The notes under the pieces are model-generated. The model worked only from the letters and a program-made list of their open reading frames with translations, made no database searches and was not told where the DNA came from. A DNA stretch of 63,555 nucleotides, the filler included, from Lenisia limosa (Eukaryota; Protista; Breviatea), in NCBI GenBank assembly GCA_001655205.1. It is 12 parts of 12 records of this genome, joined end to end, with 100 filler letters (N's around TTAATTAATTAA, not from the genome) between each part and the next. Parts side by side here need not be neighbours in the genome. Positions count along the whole stretch, not along the records: positions 22,764 to 32,408 come from LPNZ01009819.1; positions 32,509 to 40,776 come from LPNZ01003246.1; 10 more parts are not named here. The stretch is one strand, 5' to 3'. This document shows, piece by piece, positions 23,102 through 35,880 of this stretch (position 1 is the first letter of the stretch; every line of letters starts with the position of its first letter). Both the position numbers and the translations under genes were made by a program.

Positions 23102-26020
23102 AGTTCGCGCTGTTCCATCTGCAACCTTTTCAGCGACTGTTCTGCAGCCGCAACCGACATTTCTCGGTCCTAATATGTATTATGTTTTATTTAAAATTCA
23201 TTTCCATTACTCTTTCAAAAATATCATGGATTGATACAATGCATGCATTATTTGAAATTTACTCATTATCATTTTACTATGATAATAATCCAAATTTGTA
23301 TTCACTCCGGTCAGGGAAAGCCCGGAAAAATATTGATAGTTATCGAGGATTTACCAAGATAGTCTTCGGGAGCGAATGGAAGCCCTCATTCCAAATAGTC
23401 ATGAAATAGTGTTGAAAAAACCCGAATAACTGACAAAGTAGATGAAAAGATACGCTCCACAACATACAGTATTGGGAAGAGCCNNNNNNNNNNNNNNNNN
23501 NNNNNNNNNNNNNNNNNNNNNNNNNNNNNNNNNNNNNNNNNNNNNNNNNNNNNNNNNNNNNNNNNNNNNNNNNNNNNNNNNNNNNNNNNNNNNNNNNNNN
23601 NNNNNNNNNNNNNNNNNNNNNNNNTGAACCAGGTGTATGATAGTATATAGCTATACTACATGATATATCATACGATATAGATATCCATATTATCCATATT
23701 GCTAATATTCTTAAACGAACATCCAAAAGACAGTAATGAGTATTAAATAAAACAAGGAGCTTAAAAGAAAATACATTTCACCCAAATAATGAATATTGTG
23801 TTCAAACTGTATCAGGCAAGCGATTTGTATGGATTCCCCTTACTTGTGGACTTGACTGCTGCACTTGGGGGTTGGCTGGGGGGGGGGGGGNNNNNNNNNN
23901 NNNNNNNNNNNNNNNNNNNNNNNNNNNNNNNNNNNNNNNNNNNNNNNNNNNNNNNNNNNNNNNNNNNNNNNNNNNNNNNNNNNNNNNNNNNNNNNNNNNN
24001 NNNNNNNNNNNNNNNNNNNNNNNNNNNNNNNNNNNNNNNNNNNNNNNNNNNNNNNNNNNNNNNNNNNNNNNNNNNNNNNNNNNNNNNNNNNNNNNNNNNN
24101 NNNNNNNNNNNNNNNNNNNNNGGTATTTCTATGTATGCGAAACATTGTCATTTCAAAACATTAACTCAGCTAATCAATTAGATCATTAACATTCAGCCAA
24201 TCAAATACATCATCGCTCTACCCACCGGAGGGGTTGAAAGGGGACATGGACGGCGTTTTGAAGGGGTGCGAGCGGGCGGGTGTGGGTGAGGCTAAACCAT
24301 TAGAGTACACTAGTAAAATGACGTTCTAATATACAGTGACCGGGATAAGTTTTGATCGATATGCTCTATGATTTCCCAAGGTAAATAGTTCAAGACTTAT
24401 CCCGGTCACTGTACGAATTAATGACACATGATCAATGCTCCTATAGATAATTAACTGAAAAAAGTGACTCCTCAGAAGGCTTCGGCCAGATATTAAACAG
24501 TGAATACAGATATAGAAAAAGGCTTCTCTTAAATAAATAGTCAAATACTCTGAAACGTGATAGTGTGAACGGCTTCACCCCCCTTCCCCTCACCCGCAGA
24601 AAGCCTGGCATGAAGAGCGGCAGCCGAGTTATTCTGAGGGTGGGGCAAAGGGACAGGGGCGGGAGCTGGGAGGGGTTCTAGAAAGGAGTGAAAGCCTGCA
24701 ATCGATAATTGTCAAGAATTTATTGAGTAATCATTGCATTGCAGCCTGGGCTTCACTTCGGTTTGATTTCTCAATAAATTCTTGAAAATTATCGATATTT
24801 TACCAGTATCCTGAAACCGAAGTGAAGCCCAGGCTGCAATAGAAAATAAGTTGAGTGAGTATTACGGTGTTGAATCACTCCCTCCATCCCTTTAAATATT
24901 ATATCATTTGCCAAATTAACACAAGAAATAGCAGACGGTACCCCCCTCATACCCGGGTTACGGAGCTCCACCAGCTCAGCCTCTCGCTCTGGGTAATGAG
25001 AATTCATGTGATGAGAAAAAAAAAATAGATACTATCTGGCCGAAGACGCCCATGCTACTATCCCCAATGCACCTCATTCACCACCTCTAAAAATTCATTC
25101 AACTATTATATCGCGATCTAAATCACTCAGCAATCACACCATCCAATTAAGAATTCTCACTATCCTCAGCAATCATACCATTTATCATGGCAACTAGCTC
25201 GGCAGTCGGTAAGTCTGTCAAGGTCTTTTTCGGGGCCTACGGGGTGAAATCGTAATATAACTGCGTATTGTGGGTTTCCCCTCCAAGACTAGGGCTTCAC
25301 TTCAGTTCGAAAAATACCAGTAAAATATCGATAGTTTTCGAGGATTTATCGAGAAATTCTGTCTTTTTTTGAACCGAAGTGAAGCCTTTCCAAACACTCA
25401 CCTCGCGGGTTTGAGGTGGAAAGCGTTCACGAAGATCCTGTCCTGGAGACACCTGAAAGTATTACATATACTATAAAAAGAAGATATAGCCCCCACTATT
25501 GCCTGACCAAGGCTTATTTATTGCTTTCAAACCCTTGTACTTCCAAATGTTTTGCTACATTACATATACNNNNNNNNNNNNNNNNNNNNNNNNNNNNNNN
25601 NNNNNNNNNNNNNNNNNNNNNNNNNNNNNNNNNNNTTGAGATCACGGAAGGAATCATGAAGCGGCCCGGGGTACCAGGGTTCTTTGACGGGGTACCGGGG
25701 TGCTTTGACGGGGTACCGGGGTGCTGTTTGACAGTGGGTGGCGACTCGTGAATACCTAGACCGTGAAGATCGTTGTTTCCAATTCTCAATACAGTTGATA
25801 TCTTGTTATTAACAACCCTACACTCCAAGATCCCTCCCAAATCAAGCATGCTATACCCCCCACCCAGGCCGGCCATGGGGTTGGACACCATACTGAAAGT
25901 CCCATTTGGCGCGGTCGCGAGATTGTCCTGAACACTCCGTCGGTCCACAAACGGCGACCGCCCGGTCCGGCGGAATCCGAGCCCCGTGTCAACCGGGCCA
26001 CTGGCTCGTTGGTACCTGCG
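23102..26020 (-). CDS. Multi-exon hypothetical Pro-rich/coiled-coil protein (partial)
   Basis: Minus exons RASGPVDTGLGFRRTGRSPFVDRR.., HPGTPSKHPGTPSKNPGTPG, VSPGQDLRERFPPQTRE, EREAELVELRNP, NNSAAALHARLSA, DREMSVAAAEQSLKRLQMEQRE with GT/AG boundaries. Confidence 0.55.
24334..24411. mobile_element. MITE family B (Tc1-like) copy
   Basis: TA|CAGTGACCGGGATAAG...CTTATCCCGGTCACTG|TA. Confidence 0.9.
24748..24830. mobile_element. MITE family A copy (internally deleted)
   Basis: GGGCTTCACTTCGGTTT...AAACCGAAGTGAAGCCC. Confidence 0.88.
25292..25386. mobile_element. MITE family A copy
   Basis: TA|GGGCTTCACTTCAGTTCGAAAAA...GAACCGAAGTGAAGCC. Confidence 0.9.
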
Positions 26021-26820
26021 AGGTAAACAGGGGGGGGGGGGNNNNNNNNNNNNNNNNNNNNNNNNNNNNNNNNNNNNNNNNNNNNNNNNNNNNNNNNNNN
26101 NNNNNNNNNNNNNNNNNNNNNNNNAAATGTGTATATATCAGACCAAAAAAATCAACACTGTTAGCAAAAGGGATAGTGTATGGAACAATAAAAATTAAGA
26201 TTAACACAAGAAAAGAGTTTAGTTTGTAAGAAAAGATGTGGAATGAAACCAAGAGATACGAAAAAACAGAAAGAGGCCCAACAGCAAGGTGAACAGTTGA
26301 ACTATAAATCTTAAGGAGATGATTACAAAATAAGAAGTGAAATTGTCTTTATTCATGTCAGCCAAAGATGACCAAAAAGATAACGGAAATGGTAATGCCT
26401 TACTAATCATGCTCAATCGAAATACAGTTGCCGTGGTAAATATAATAGGAGGTTTCCCCAGAAAAGCGGTCATGACTTAATAAAGCCAGAGATGCTCAAT
26501 GGAAATAGCCTATTTCTGCCCTTGATAGAACACTGTATCAAGGTAGCATATCAATCTACCTCATATTTTCTTACAAAGTAAAGAACAGAAGCCCATAAAA
26601 TAACCCAGAAATGCACAGCCCCTTCAAACTGTGAGGAGGACGCCGCTGGGGAAGTTAGAGGGAAAAGGGGAATCTCGGAAAGCCTACCCATTTCGTGATC
26701 AATATCAAAAGAATGTGAGTTTGGAACAAAGGTAGACCTCATTGCCGCGCTCTGATCACATACCACAAAAACGTTTTTCCAACCTGGTTCTGAATCTTAC
26801 AAATATATACTTGTATGTAG

Positions 26821-29800
26821 ACGAAACGACAAACGCCTCTGATGAATCGTCCGCAAATTCAAAAAATGAAAATTTGTTTTTAATTGACAAAATCAAGGGG
26901 ACCCGCAGGGACTGTTCCGCTTTTAAGCGCGGAATTTCTCGCATTTTCCGCAAAGCCACAAAGAAACTCAAAAAACAAGCCAATATGTCATTAGAGAAAA
27001 AGAAGGCAGATTTGCGGCTGAAGTTGGACAAAATGGGGCACCATAAAGGTAAACTCCTTCCTGTCGAGCCTACTGACCTATTTAGAATTGTCGTATGCAA
27101 TTGAGTCCCAGCTGAAGGTGCTAGAGACCGAAAGAAAGGTTCTCCAAAGAGAGCACATCGGTATGTGTTGTCCCGTTCCTGTTGTGGATAACAGCTGTAG
27201 CCCTCATGCAACTCCAAGAGTTTGTTGATGCCGAAGTTAACAGTCTCTCAGTTTCCACCACAGAAGTAGGCAGGGTTTCATTTTCAACTCGCCATGTAAC
27301 AAGTAGTTTGCTTCCTCACGAATTAGCTCACAGCCCTGCAACAAGAGCACGAAGATGCCTTCGGGGAGCTCATCAGTCAGCATGAACGCGTTTGTCAGTC
27401 CCTCAGAACAATCCTTTATCACAAGAAAACTACTGGTTTGCCAAGCTAGAAAGCTTCGCTTGGAATCCTGTACATCCGACATATTGTCCAGGGTTTATCG
27501 AACCTTTGTGGAATTGATACTGATTGTATTTAGATAAGGCACGTAAGGATTTTGAGGTGGCTGAGAAGAAGCTAACCAAGGTTTGTAGGTTTGTTCATAG
27601 TGGCTTGTTGAGGTAGCAAGAAATACACGACAAATAGTCTTGACCGCTTTTTCTGAAGGGTATACTGATCGAAATCGGTCAAGACGTACCATCTTACCAT
27701 TAAACAAAAACCCGATGGAAAGGGAAATAATCGGGGCGACATTCACGTTCAATAAAAACTAGATAATTTTGCTTTTCATCAGACTGTGTCCGGTCAATAT
27801 TAGATCCTGTAGGTGGAGATGTATTTATTATCATATCAAATAAGCATATAGGCTTTATTCCCTTTTGGTTGTAGTTAAGGTTGGCTTAGCCTTTATTCAT
27901 CCAGGCTCGCAACAAGCTTGGAGCGAACAATAAGCCCGAGAAGCAGGCGGTCCTCGAAACAGAAGTTCAGGTTGGCGTGTGGCGTTGGACTTGCATAGAT
28001 TTCGCATACCCTACTCGTCTTCTTTCTCTCGCTCCCTCGTTATCTTGACCATCATATTAAATTGCCACGTGTATAAGGGATTTTGCTTTTGTATTAATTA
28101 ATCAAAATCACTTTCCCTCCATTTCTAGCGCTCTTCTTATACATCATATCCTTGTAGAAATGAGAAATATCCTTTGCAGTAAAAGGCACTATTGAAAGAG
28201 GATCATAGTGATTCAGCGGATGCAGTAAATTTTAAAGGCATAACGCTGTTCCCCCCCAGACTGCCCTCAACTACCGGGATGAAGTGAAGGATACATACGA
28301 CCATGCTGCGGCGGCGTGTTCTCAGCTTGTGAGTTTTGGGGATCCAACAACAGAACTTTTTGCTAAATCCTCAATTTTTATCCATATTTGCACGCTTCTT
28401 CTTGTCTAGATTGAAGTAGTGGTTACACCATCAAAACCATGCTTTCGAAGCATAAGAAGGACACTAATACATGACCTTGTACTAAATATATGCAACCCAT
28501 ATGTACTATATATACATATATCGTAATATAATAATATAACTCCTTAGACCTCTGGTACAGTCAAGGAAGCCTTTGTGATATACCACGTGGCCCGGGCCGC
28601 CTTTTTCCACAAAGCTGCGGGTCTGGCTGACCAGTCCGCCGCCATAGCTGATGCCATGGATGCTGAAGTCTCATGTGGGCGGGTTGTGATAATATTTTGA
28701 CTGCTTTTCAAAATACTGATAAACTGTTGATCGAAGTGCAGCCGTAATATGACAATTCAGCCACCTTTGCCGCCTCTGCAACCCTTGATGATCTCGAACC
28801 TGGAGCCCAGACCGGGGAGGCCGGTAGCGCAATGTTCCAGGCAAAGTGGGGGGGGGGGGGGNNNNNNNNNNNNNNNNNNNNNNNNNNNNNNNNNNNNNNN
28901 NNNNNNNNNNNNNNNNNNNNNNNNNNNNNNNNNNNNNNNNNNNNNNNNNNNNNNNCACTCATCATCATATCTTAAAATTCAATCATATGGCATTTTACCC
29001 CAGAATCTGTTTAATGGATCTGTTCAATGGATCTGTTCAATGGATCTGTTCAATGAATTTGTTAAAGAATCTGGTTAATGATTGGATAAGGGTCAATTTG
29101 TACATTTTTTTTCTCTTGACGTGATAAAAATTAATTATTTACCAGGGCCATGTTCGACTATGAAGCTCAAGAAGACAATGAGTTGACCTTCTACGAGGAC
29201 GATATTATTGACATTACCGTCACTTTCCAGGTTTGGGGGACTTGCAGTAAGGCTTCACTTCGGTTCAAAAAAGGCCGGTAAAATATCGATAGTTTTTGAA
29301 GATTGATCGAGAATGTCTTTTTTCGAACCGAAGTGAAGCCCTAACTAAGAGGCTTCAAGGCTGGCTTTTGGGCTTCTTATTGTTGTTGTTGGTTCGGAAC
29401 CTTACAACCAATAACTGACATTGGGAGGAAAGTAAGTGGCTGACTTACTATGTGGCTCAATTGAAGGTGTTTTGTGGGCACTCGTCCTCGCCTCTCCAGC
29501 CATTTTCAGTACTTTAAGAAGGCAAAATGTATTTAACAAATTAATGACACACACTTCTGCTTCTTTGAGCAGCAAAACTTCAGCAAAACTTTGATATATC
29601 CATTTGCTTTGAACCTGTCTACAAAAGCCTTGCTGTATCCATTTGCTTCGAACCGTAGACCGGTCTGCCCAACTTTGATATATCCATTTGCTTTGAACCT
29701 GTCTGCAAAGCTTTGCTGTGTATCCATTTGCTTTGAACCTGTCTGTGATGCATGTTAAAATAATTACGGCTTAATAGGCTTTTTTACAATTGATGAGACC

Positions 29801-29905
29801 TCTTACATCTGAAGATGGCAAAAGTTAAGCCCGTCTTGTAACTCTTTAGGATGGCTGGTGGAAGGGTAGCATCAAGGGCAGTGAAGAGGGTCTTGTTCCT
29901 TCATC
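26821..29905 (+). CDS. BAR-like coiled-coil plus C-terminal SH3 domain protein
   Basis: SH3 split over exons 29148-29230 (AMFDYEAQEDNELTFYEDDIIDIT) and 29850-29905 (DGWWKGSIKGSEEGLVPS). Upstream helical exons DKARKDFEVAEKKLTK/ARNKL../TALNYRDEVKDTYDHAAAACSQL/..YHVARAAFFHKAA resemble BAR helices. Confidence 0.75.
29250..29341. mobile_element. MITE family A copy in the SH3-splitting intron
   Basis: TA|AGGCTTCACTTCGGTTC...CGAACCGAAGTGAAGCCC|TA. Confidence 0.9.
29590..29746. repeat. Intronic complex tandem repeat
   Basis: TATCCATTTGCTT(T/C)GAACC occurs four times with variable spacers. Confidence 0.8.
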
Positions 29906-31152
29906 GTAGGGGGGGGGGGGTACNNNNNNNNNNNNNNNNNNNNNNNNNNNNNNNNNNNNNNNNNNNNNNNNNNNNNNNNNACTTTAGCCCATTGAAGGCG
30001 GTATTAATCCTCGAATTATCGATATCACTGATCTTTGTTCGAACCCAAGTGAAATAATTATCTCACTTTTCAGGTATTTAGAGCAAATCTAAGGTATTTT
30101 GGGTTATTTGTTATTGTTTTCGTCTTCTTGTCTTCTCTATTCTTCTAAAATGTACTTTATTTGTTCTGTTGTTTGAGTTTTACACAAAACACCAGTTCAC
30201 CGTATACCATGAGTCGTGGGCACAATAGGCTACTTTGCTCCGCAGTTCTGACAATGTTTTTACAATCAATGACACGTTTGTCTGATATTATTTTAAAGTG
30301 CGTTAAACTTTGACGCAGATTGAGCAGAAACCAAGCTAAAGGTATAAAACTTGTCAACGTAATTCTGACCTTGACGCCTTGCTGACAGTCAACAGCTTCT
30401 TTTTTGCAAGGGACTTTGCTTTGTGATCAGTAGCTTTAGCCAAAAAGAGCCTAATTGACCTGGGTGTCCTGGCTTTCAAGGAATCTAACCCCGAGAGTCA
30501 CCATGGTCCTGACTTGCTACCCATGTGGTTTGTTGATTGTGTGTATAGCAAGTTGAATAATATCAGGTTATCCCAGAAACTGTTTATCAGTCGGTTGCAT
30601 AGTCAAAACAAATATATCTCCTTTTGGAGGTGAGCAGGTTGACCTCCAAAGCATTTCATTCGTTCGGTGAAATAAAACACACCACCACTGCACCACCACA
30701 CCACCAACACACAGACAGTGCTGGAGGTCGCAGAACAAAAGGGTAGGCAAGATGACGTATAAGGAGCCTAATATCGTACACAAAATCTTCTTTGCATTTT
30801 GAAACGCTCAGCAACCCTGAGTTGGGCCGCGGAGAGTCCAAAAGTTGGTGACCAAAAAAGCAAAAAAAGATTTTGTGAACAGTGAACGATATAAGGCTCG
30901 CTCCATTCACTGACGGCATGACATCTTACATTATTAGTAATCTCTAATTGACTAGATATTCTAAGATGTATAATCTATTTTGTCAGAATTAATCTCATAT
31001 AAATGTATAATAATTTATTCAATCTTATAATTTATTTCTTTCGATACTTACAAAAGCCAAATAACAAAATTTACGAATTTAGACAGTATTTAAGCAAAAA
31101 AAATTGAAATCCTCTATGTGAAAGTTTCTAGTATTTATTTGGTAGTGTCACA

Positions 31153-31697
31153 ATGGATCAACCTGTTGCCACTCCAAAGGTGCAGGATCCTGAGCTTTTA
31201 AAGCCAGATTCAGTCACGGTTTCCCAGGTATTTGGCGCTCTTCGCTATTCCTGCTTTGACAGCGTAAAATTCAAAATTAACCTTCAATTTAGCAACTTGG
31301 AACTTCAAATGACGATTGGAAATTTGTGAAGAAGTCCTTGAGCAAAGCAAGAGCAAAGGACATGGATAACCTTTTTCAATACCCTGTTAGTTACGAAAAG
31401 CTTAACCTTTTGGACTATCCCAAAATTGTAAAGGTTCCCATGGACTTTTCGACGGTTGAAAAGAATGTGAGTGGATGTTGCTCCCTGGTTTACGTATATT
31501 TGGATATGTTGACCGGAATAAACGAGGAAAATGGCAGATTGAAACCGTTTCATCTTTTTTTGTAGATCGAGTCGCACTACTACAACAGCCCTGCAGCGGC
31601 CTTTAGGGACATTTTAAGGTGTTTTGACAACTGTTTGTTGTATAATGGCCTTGAGGGAACCTCACGAGGCTTCGGACAGCGTGCAAAGACTTTGAAG
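31153..31697 (+). CDS. Bromodomain-containing protein, N-terminal exons
   Basis: Exons 31153-31227, 31293-31466 and 31566-31697 give FQYPVSYEKLNLLDYPKIVKVPMDFSTVEKN-IESHYYNSPAAAFRDILRCFDNCLLYN, the canonical bromodomain pattern. The gene probably continues downstream. Confidence 0.87.
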
Positions 31698-32548
31698 GTT
31701 TGTTTCATATCTTTTCTTTTGACATGAGTGACTGATTGGGTGTGATTCGGGGATGCTTAAGTGGGTTATAAACAGGTTATTTACATGAAACAAACGCCTG
31801 AGGTAGGAAATCGTTTATTCCGTGCGAACCTTGCTTGAGAATATGATCCTTCCCAACAAATCCATGGTTCACGTTTGGTATTATCAAATGTTAATCCACT
31901 TCAACTCTCTTATTTTAGCCTCAGTATATGTTCTAAGGTCACAATAGCTAAGGTAAATTTCAGCATTTCCACATTGTCCAGTACTATTCCCGAACCCATT
32001 TTTAATCTATATTGATATATTATTCCCAGAGTTCATCTTTTGCTCTTTGAACTGCATATAACGGCACCTCCTTCCACTTTCTAAAGATATCAATATTCTC
32101 TCAATCATTTGCCTTTCTAGGGTTTCTCTTCAGGCCGAAAAGGCTTTTACGATATGTTGCGGTCTTTTTGGGACTGAAATAAATGCTTCTATTGAAACAT
32201 CACTTTGTGTATTAAAAAATGGCAACTGGAACTGAGTGCCTCTTCTTATCGAGCGCTATTTTGTTGTAAATCATATAAACCCTTGGTTGTGAGGGAGCCA
32301 ATGTATCTAGAGCAACACTAGCCATATGCCTTCCTCCACACAGCCCATCCCTGACACTAACCATATGCCTTCCTCCATACAGCCCATCGCTGACCCTCTG
32401 TAGCTGATNNNNNNNNNNNNNNNNNNNNNNNNNNNNNNNNNNNNNNNNNNNNTTAATTAATTAANNNNNNNNNNNNNNNNNNNNNNNNNNNNNNNNNNNN
32501 NNNNNNNNGGGTAAATAACCTGGTCTCTTAGTCAGCCCTGCCTCAAAC

Positions 32549-35500
32549 TTTGCCTTCGTGACCGTTGAGAGTGTAGAGAGGCTTGCGACACCTTGCATCA
32601 AGAATACGGACATTACCGTCGTATGAGGAACAGGCCTAGGATGTCAGACAAATAGCTGGTCGAGAGAAAACATAAAAACCTGTGAAAAAGGAGATGAAAA
32701 TGAAGAAACTGAGGAATGATAAAACCGCTCATGTTCATTTGAAATGTCAATCAATTTCGGAGGCGCTTTCAATTCCTTGCAGAAAAGCAACACAAAAACC
32801 AGCCCGTACCATAATCTGGGGTTCAGAAGAGCAAGCTGCCACAGCCGACATGATGCCACCCGGGGCCTGGATTTCAGTCTTCGAAACATGTCCGCCTGGG
32901 GGGGGGGNNNNNNNNNNNNNNNNNNNNNNNNNNNNNNNNNNNNNNNNNNNNNNNNNNNNNNNNNNNNNNNNNNNNNNNNNNNNNNNNNNNNNNNNNNNNN
33001 NNNNNNNNNNNNNNNNNTTGCACAGAATGATTCACCCCATACGGGCAATTCTCGCATCCCATGTGCGGAGGATACCGTCGTGATGCACAGTGGACACAGC
33101 GAAGTTGTCGGTCATAGTGGCCGCCATGATGGCCTTGGGCGACCGCTGAAGAGTCAATGTTACCAGGGTGGCTGGTTAGCCGTGCAATGCTCTTAGGAGG
33201 GGAGTAGGGTAGGAAAGGAATAAGAAGAAGTGCAAAATACTCCTCATTAACCCCTCCTTAAAAAAAAAAAAATCAACAAAAGCCAGCCCTCTCACGATGA
33301 CGGCGGTGGTGGCGCCAGTCTCCACGTCCCAAACGCGGAAGGTGCAGTCCATTGAAGACGTCCACAGCCGCTCAGGCGTGAAGCCCTGATGATGTAAGCA
33401 GTGGAGAGAAGCCTTAAGTGGAGGGAAGCCTTAAGTGAAATCAAAACTTATCCCAGGTCAGTGTATATCGATATACTAAGACCCCCCCTCTCACAATCGA
33501 GGTGATTCGATCGGTGTGTCCTCTCATCGAATCAGCAGCAAACTAAAAGTGAGAACAACAACAAAAAAAAAAAAAAGATAATCATAGAAGAGATGTTAAA
33601 AAGAAGAATCNNNNNNNNNNNNNNNNNNNNNNNNNNNNNNNNNNNNNNNNNNNNNNNNNNNNNNNNNNNNNNNNNNNNNNNNNNNNNNNNNNNNNNNNNN
33701 NNNNNNNNNNNGCCCTGCTGGCGGCGGCAGTGGTGACGTCACCTATCTTGTAGATGTTGACTGCACCGCTTTCGTCTCCTGTGGCGATCTACGAGATCAG
33801 GTGGCTTGTCAAATAAAATTCATTGTTTTTACTTGCTGCAGCATCTGTCCAGAATCCCCCCTTCCTCACACACACACCCCCCACAGTTTTCAAGGATTCA
33901 CTGACAGCAATGGCGGTGACAGAAGCGTCATGCCCTTGCAGCTTACCAATGGGGGTCATGGTCTTTCCGTGGAACTGCAAAATAAAGGATGAAAAACAAC
34001 CAAATTTATCCCTTTTTTCAACCATCCTGGACCCTGTCTACACCATAACGCCTATAAGAGATACTGGATTATTAAAGTATCATATAATACTATATAACCA
34101 ATCATTTGCCCTACTCTGAATACATAGACAACACCTTCTTGGCCGGCCACACAGACCAAAGACGAGGCGTCCTGAAGGGTTACAAGTCTCATTTCCATGC
34201 AAATCTGGTGATGATTGACAGAAAGGTGAAAGCAACTTCAGCTGGTAATAATTATACTAAATGCACCAGTATACTATATCATATATCATAAATAGTACAT
34301 ATTACCTATAGACCACACTGTACAACTTAAAACCCAACAAAGTTAAGTAACAAAATCAACCCGCTCAAGGGACTGAACCACCCCCCACATTAATTTTCTT
34401 CGTGACAATGCAGGTCAAGGCATCAGTTGAGACCGGAACGGTCAGGAGGAGATTGGAGGCCTTGGAGTAGACCCGAAGAGCCCCGTCATAAGACACCGTC
34501 ATAAATTCCGAACTATTAGGAAGTGAGAAAAATTATTACGGCTGCTGCTGGCTAAACTGAAGAAATGAGAAACGCAAAAAAAAGTTGTATCTTAACGAAG
34601 CACAAATGTTTCAAAGGAATATTGTTATCAAATTGTGACGCTGACGAGAAATTACCAAATATAACTACTTAAGTAAGTATTATGGGGAATGAGAAACAAA
34701 AAAATAGGAAGTACTAAATGATAACCCATATCCACTATTGATATGATCATGTCCTAGACTTTCGAGTCGAAATGATGAACGAAGAAAACACGAGGGTTTA
34801 TCCCGAGTTTATCAGAGTATCATTGAGACTTGTCGGTCAATTATCATACGAGTGGATATGAGGTATCATATCAGTGCGTGGAAAATGATAGTTCACACGT
34901 GTAAAAATGATCCAAAAAGTGATATGATATATAGAAATGAGAAATACCACCACCAACCTGTGTAGCCTGGAGGAGATACCTGACACCCAATCCTCATGGG
35001 GAATGTCAGGTCTGGTTTCAGGCTCGGAAACAAGTTCGTGGTACTCGATTTCAAGCATTCCTTCCTGGGGAGGGGGGGTCAATATGGAAAATTTGGGTGA
35101 TAAACATTCATAAGCCAAAAACCAACGATATTAGTTACCTCGGCTATATTAGCTTTATCATACATATCATTGCATATAGGGCATAACTTCGGTTAAAAAA
35201 AGACTGAATGTCTCTTAAATCCTCGAAAACTATGAATATTTTCCCAAGTTTTTTTCGAATCGAGGTGAAGCCTAATTGTCATAAAGAATACTATCCAAAT
35301 GAACTCAAAAAAAAACAATTATTCAAGACAAACCATCAAGCCTCAAAGATACTCCTCGAGATGAACAGACCCAAACCCCTTACCTCGGTGAGGTTCTTCT
35401 CCTTGAGATATTCGGCCAGGGTTGTGACAAGGTACTCGTTACCGATGAGGAAGCCAAGCTCAAGTGAGGGCTGGTCTGAATGATGAGTCAGTGAAGGAAC

Positions 35501-35796
35501 AAGAGACCTTTTGTTATCCCAGGGCTCCATCATACCGCCTTCCTTCTCCTCCTCATCTGACTCGTCTGGCTTTAAAGTATCACAAATCAGCTGAGTGATC
35601 TCTTTTGGTCCAAAGTCAACAGGTGCTGTGAAAGGGGCTGGGGGGATGCGAATTTTGGCATCTTTTGTCGTGAGTTTGATCTAAAGAACGTCAGAAACGC
35701 TTTGAGCGGGCGTAGGAACGTGAGAAGGAGGAAGGAGCAAACCTCAACGACAAGCTCTTCGCCGCTCGGCACTTCCTCCACATGCTCTAAATCCAT
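32549..35796 (-). CDS. WDR12: Ribosome biogenesis protein WDR12/Ytm1 (NLE domain plus WD40), 3' partial
   Basis: IKLTTKDAKIRIPPAPF..ITQLICDTL / LELGFLIGNEYLVTTLAEYL / LEIEYHE..PHEDWVSGI / TVSYDGALRVY / GHDASVTAIA / TSSMDCTFRVWDVETG / HDGILRTWDAR / SSYDGNVRILDARCRKPLYTLNGHEGK follow WDR12 motif order. Confidence 0.85.
35179..35272. mobile_element. MITE family A copy in a WDR12 intron
   Basis: TA|GGGCATAACTTCGGTT...CGAATCGAGGTGAAGCC|TA. Confidence 0.8.
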
Positions 35797-35880
35797 TGTG
35801 TAATAAGACAAAAGCTATGTTCTTAGCGACCTAATCTGATCAAAAAGAAAGATTCTTTGAAAATTTATACCTAAATACTC

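Noticed and set aside
26219-26473. Hydrophobic minus-strand ORF as a TLC/ceramide-synthase-like membrane protein
   Set aside because: No conserved His/Asp motifs and no linked exons could be established; it may be a spurious ORF in T-rich DNA.
30150-30920. Possible minus-strand gene between the SH3 and bromodomain genes
   Set aside because: Coding-like stretches could not be joined into a consistent phased exon chain.
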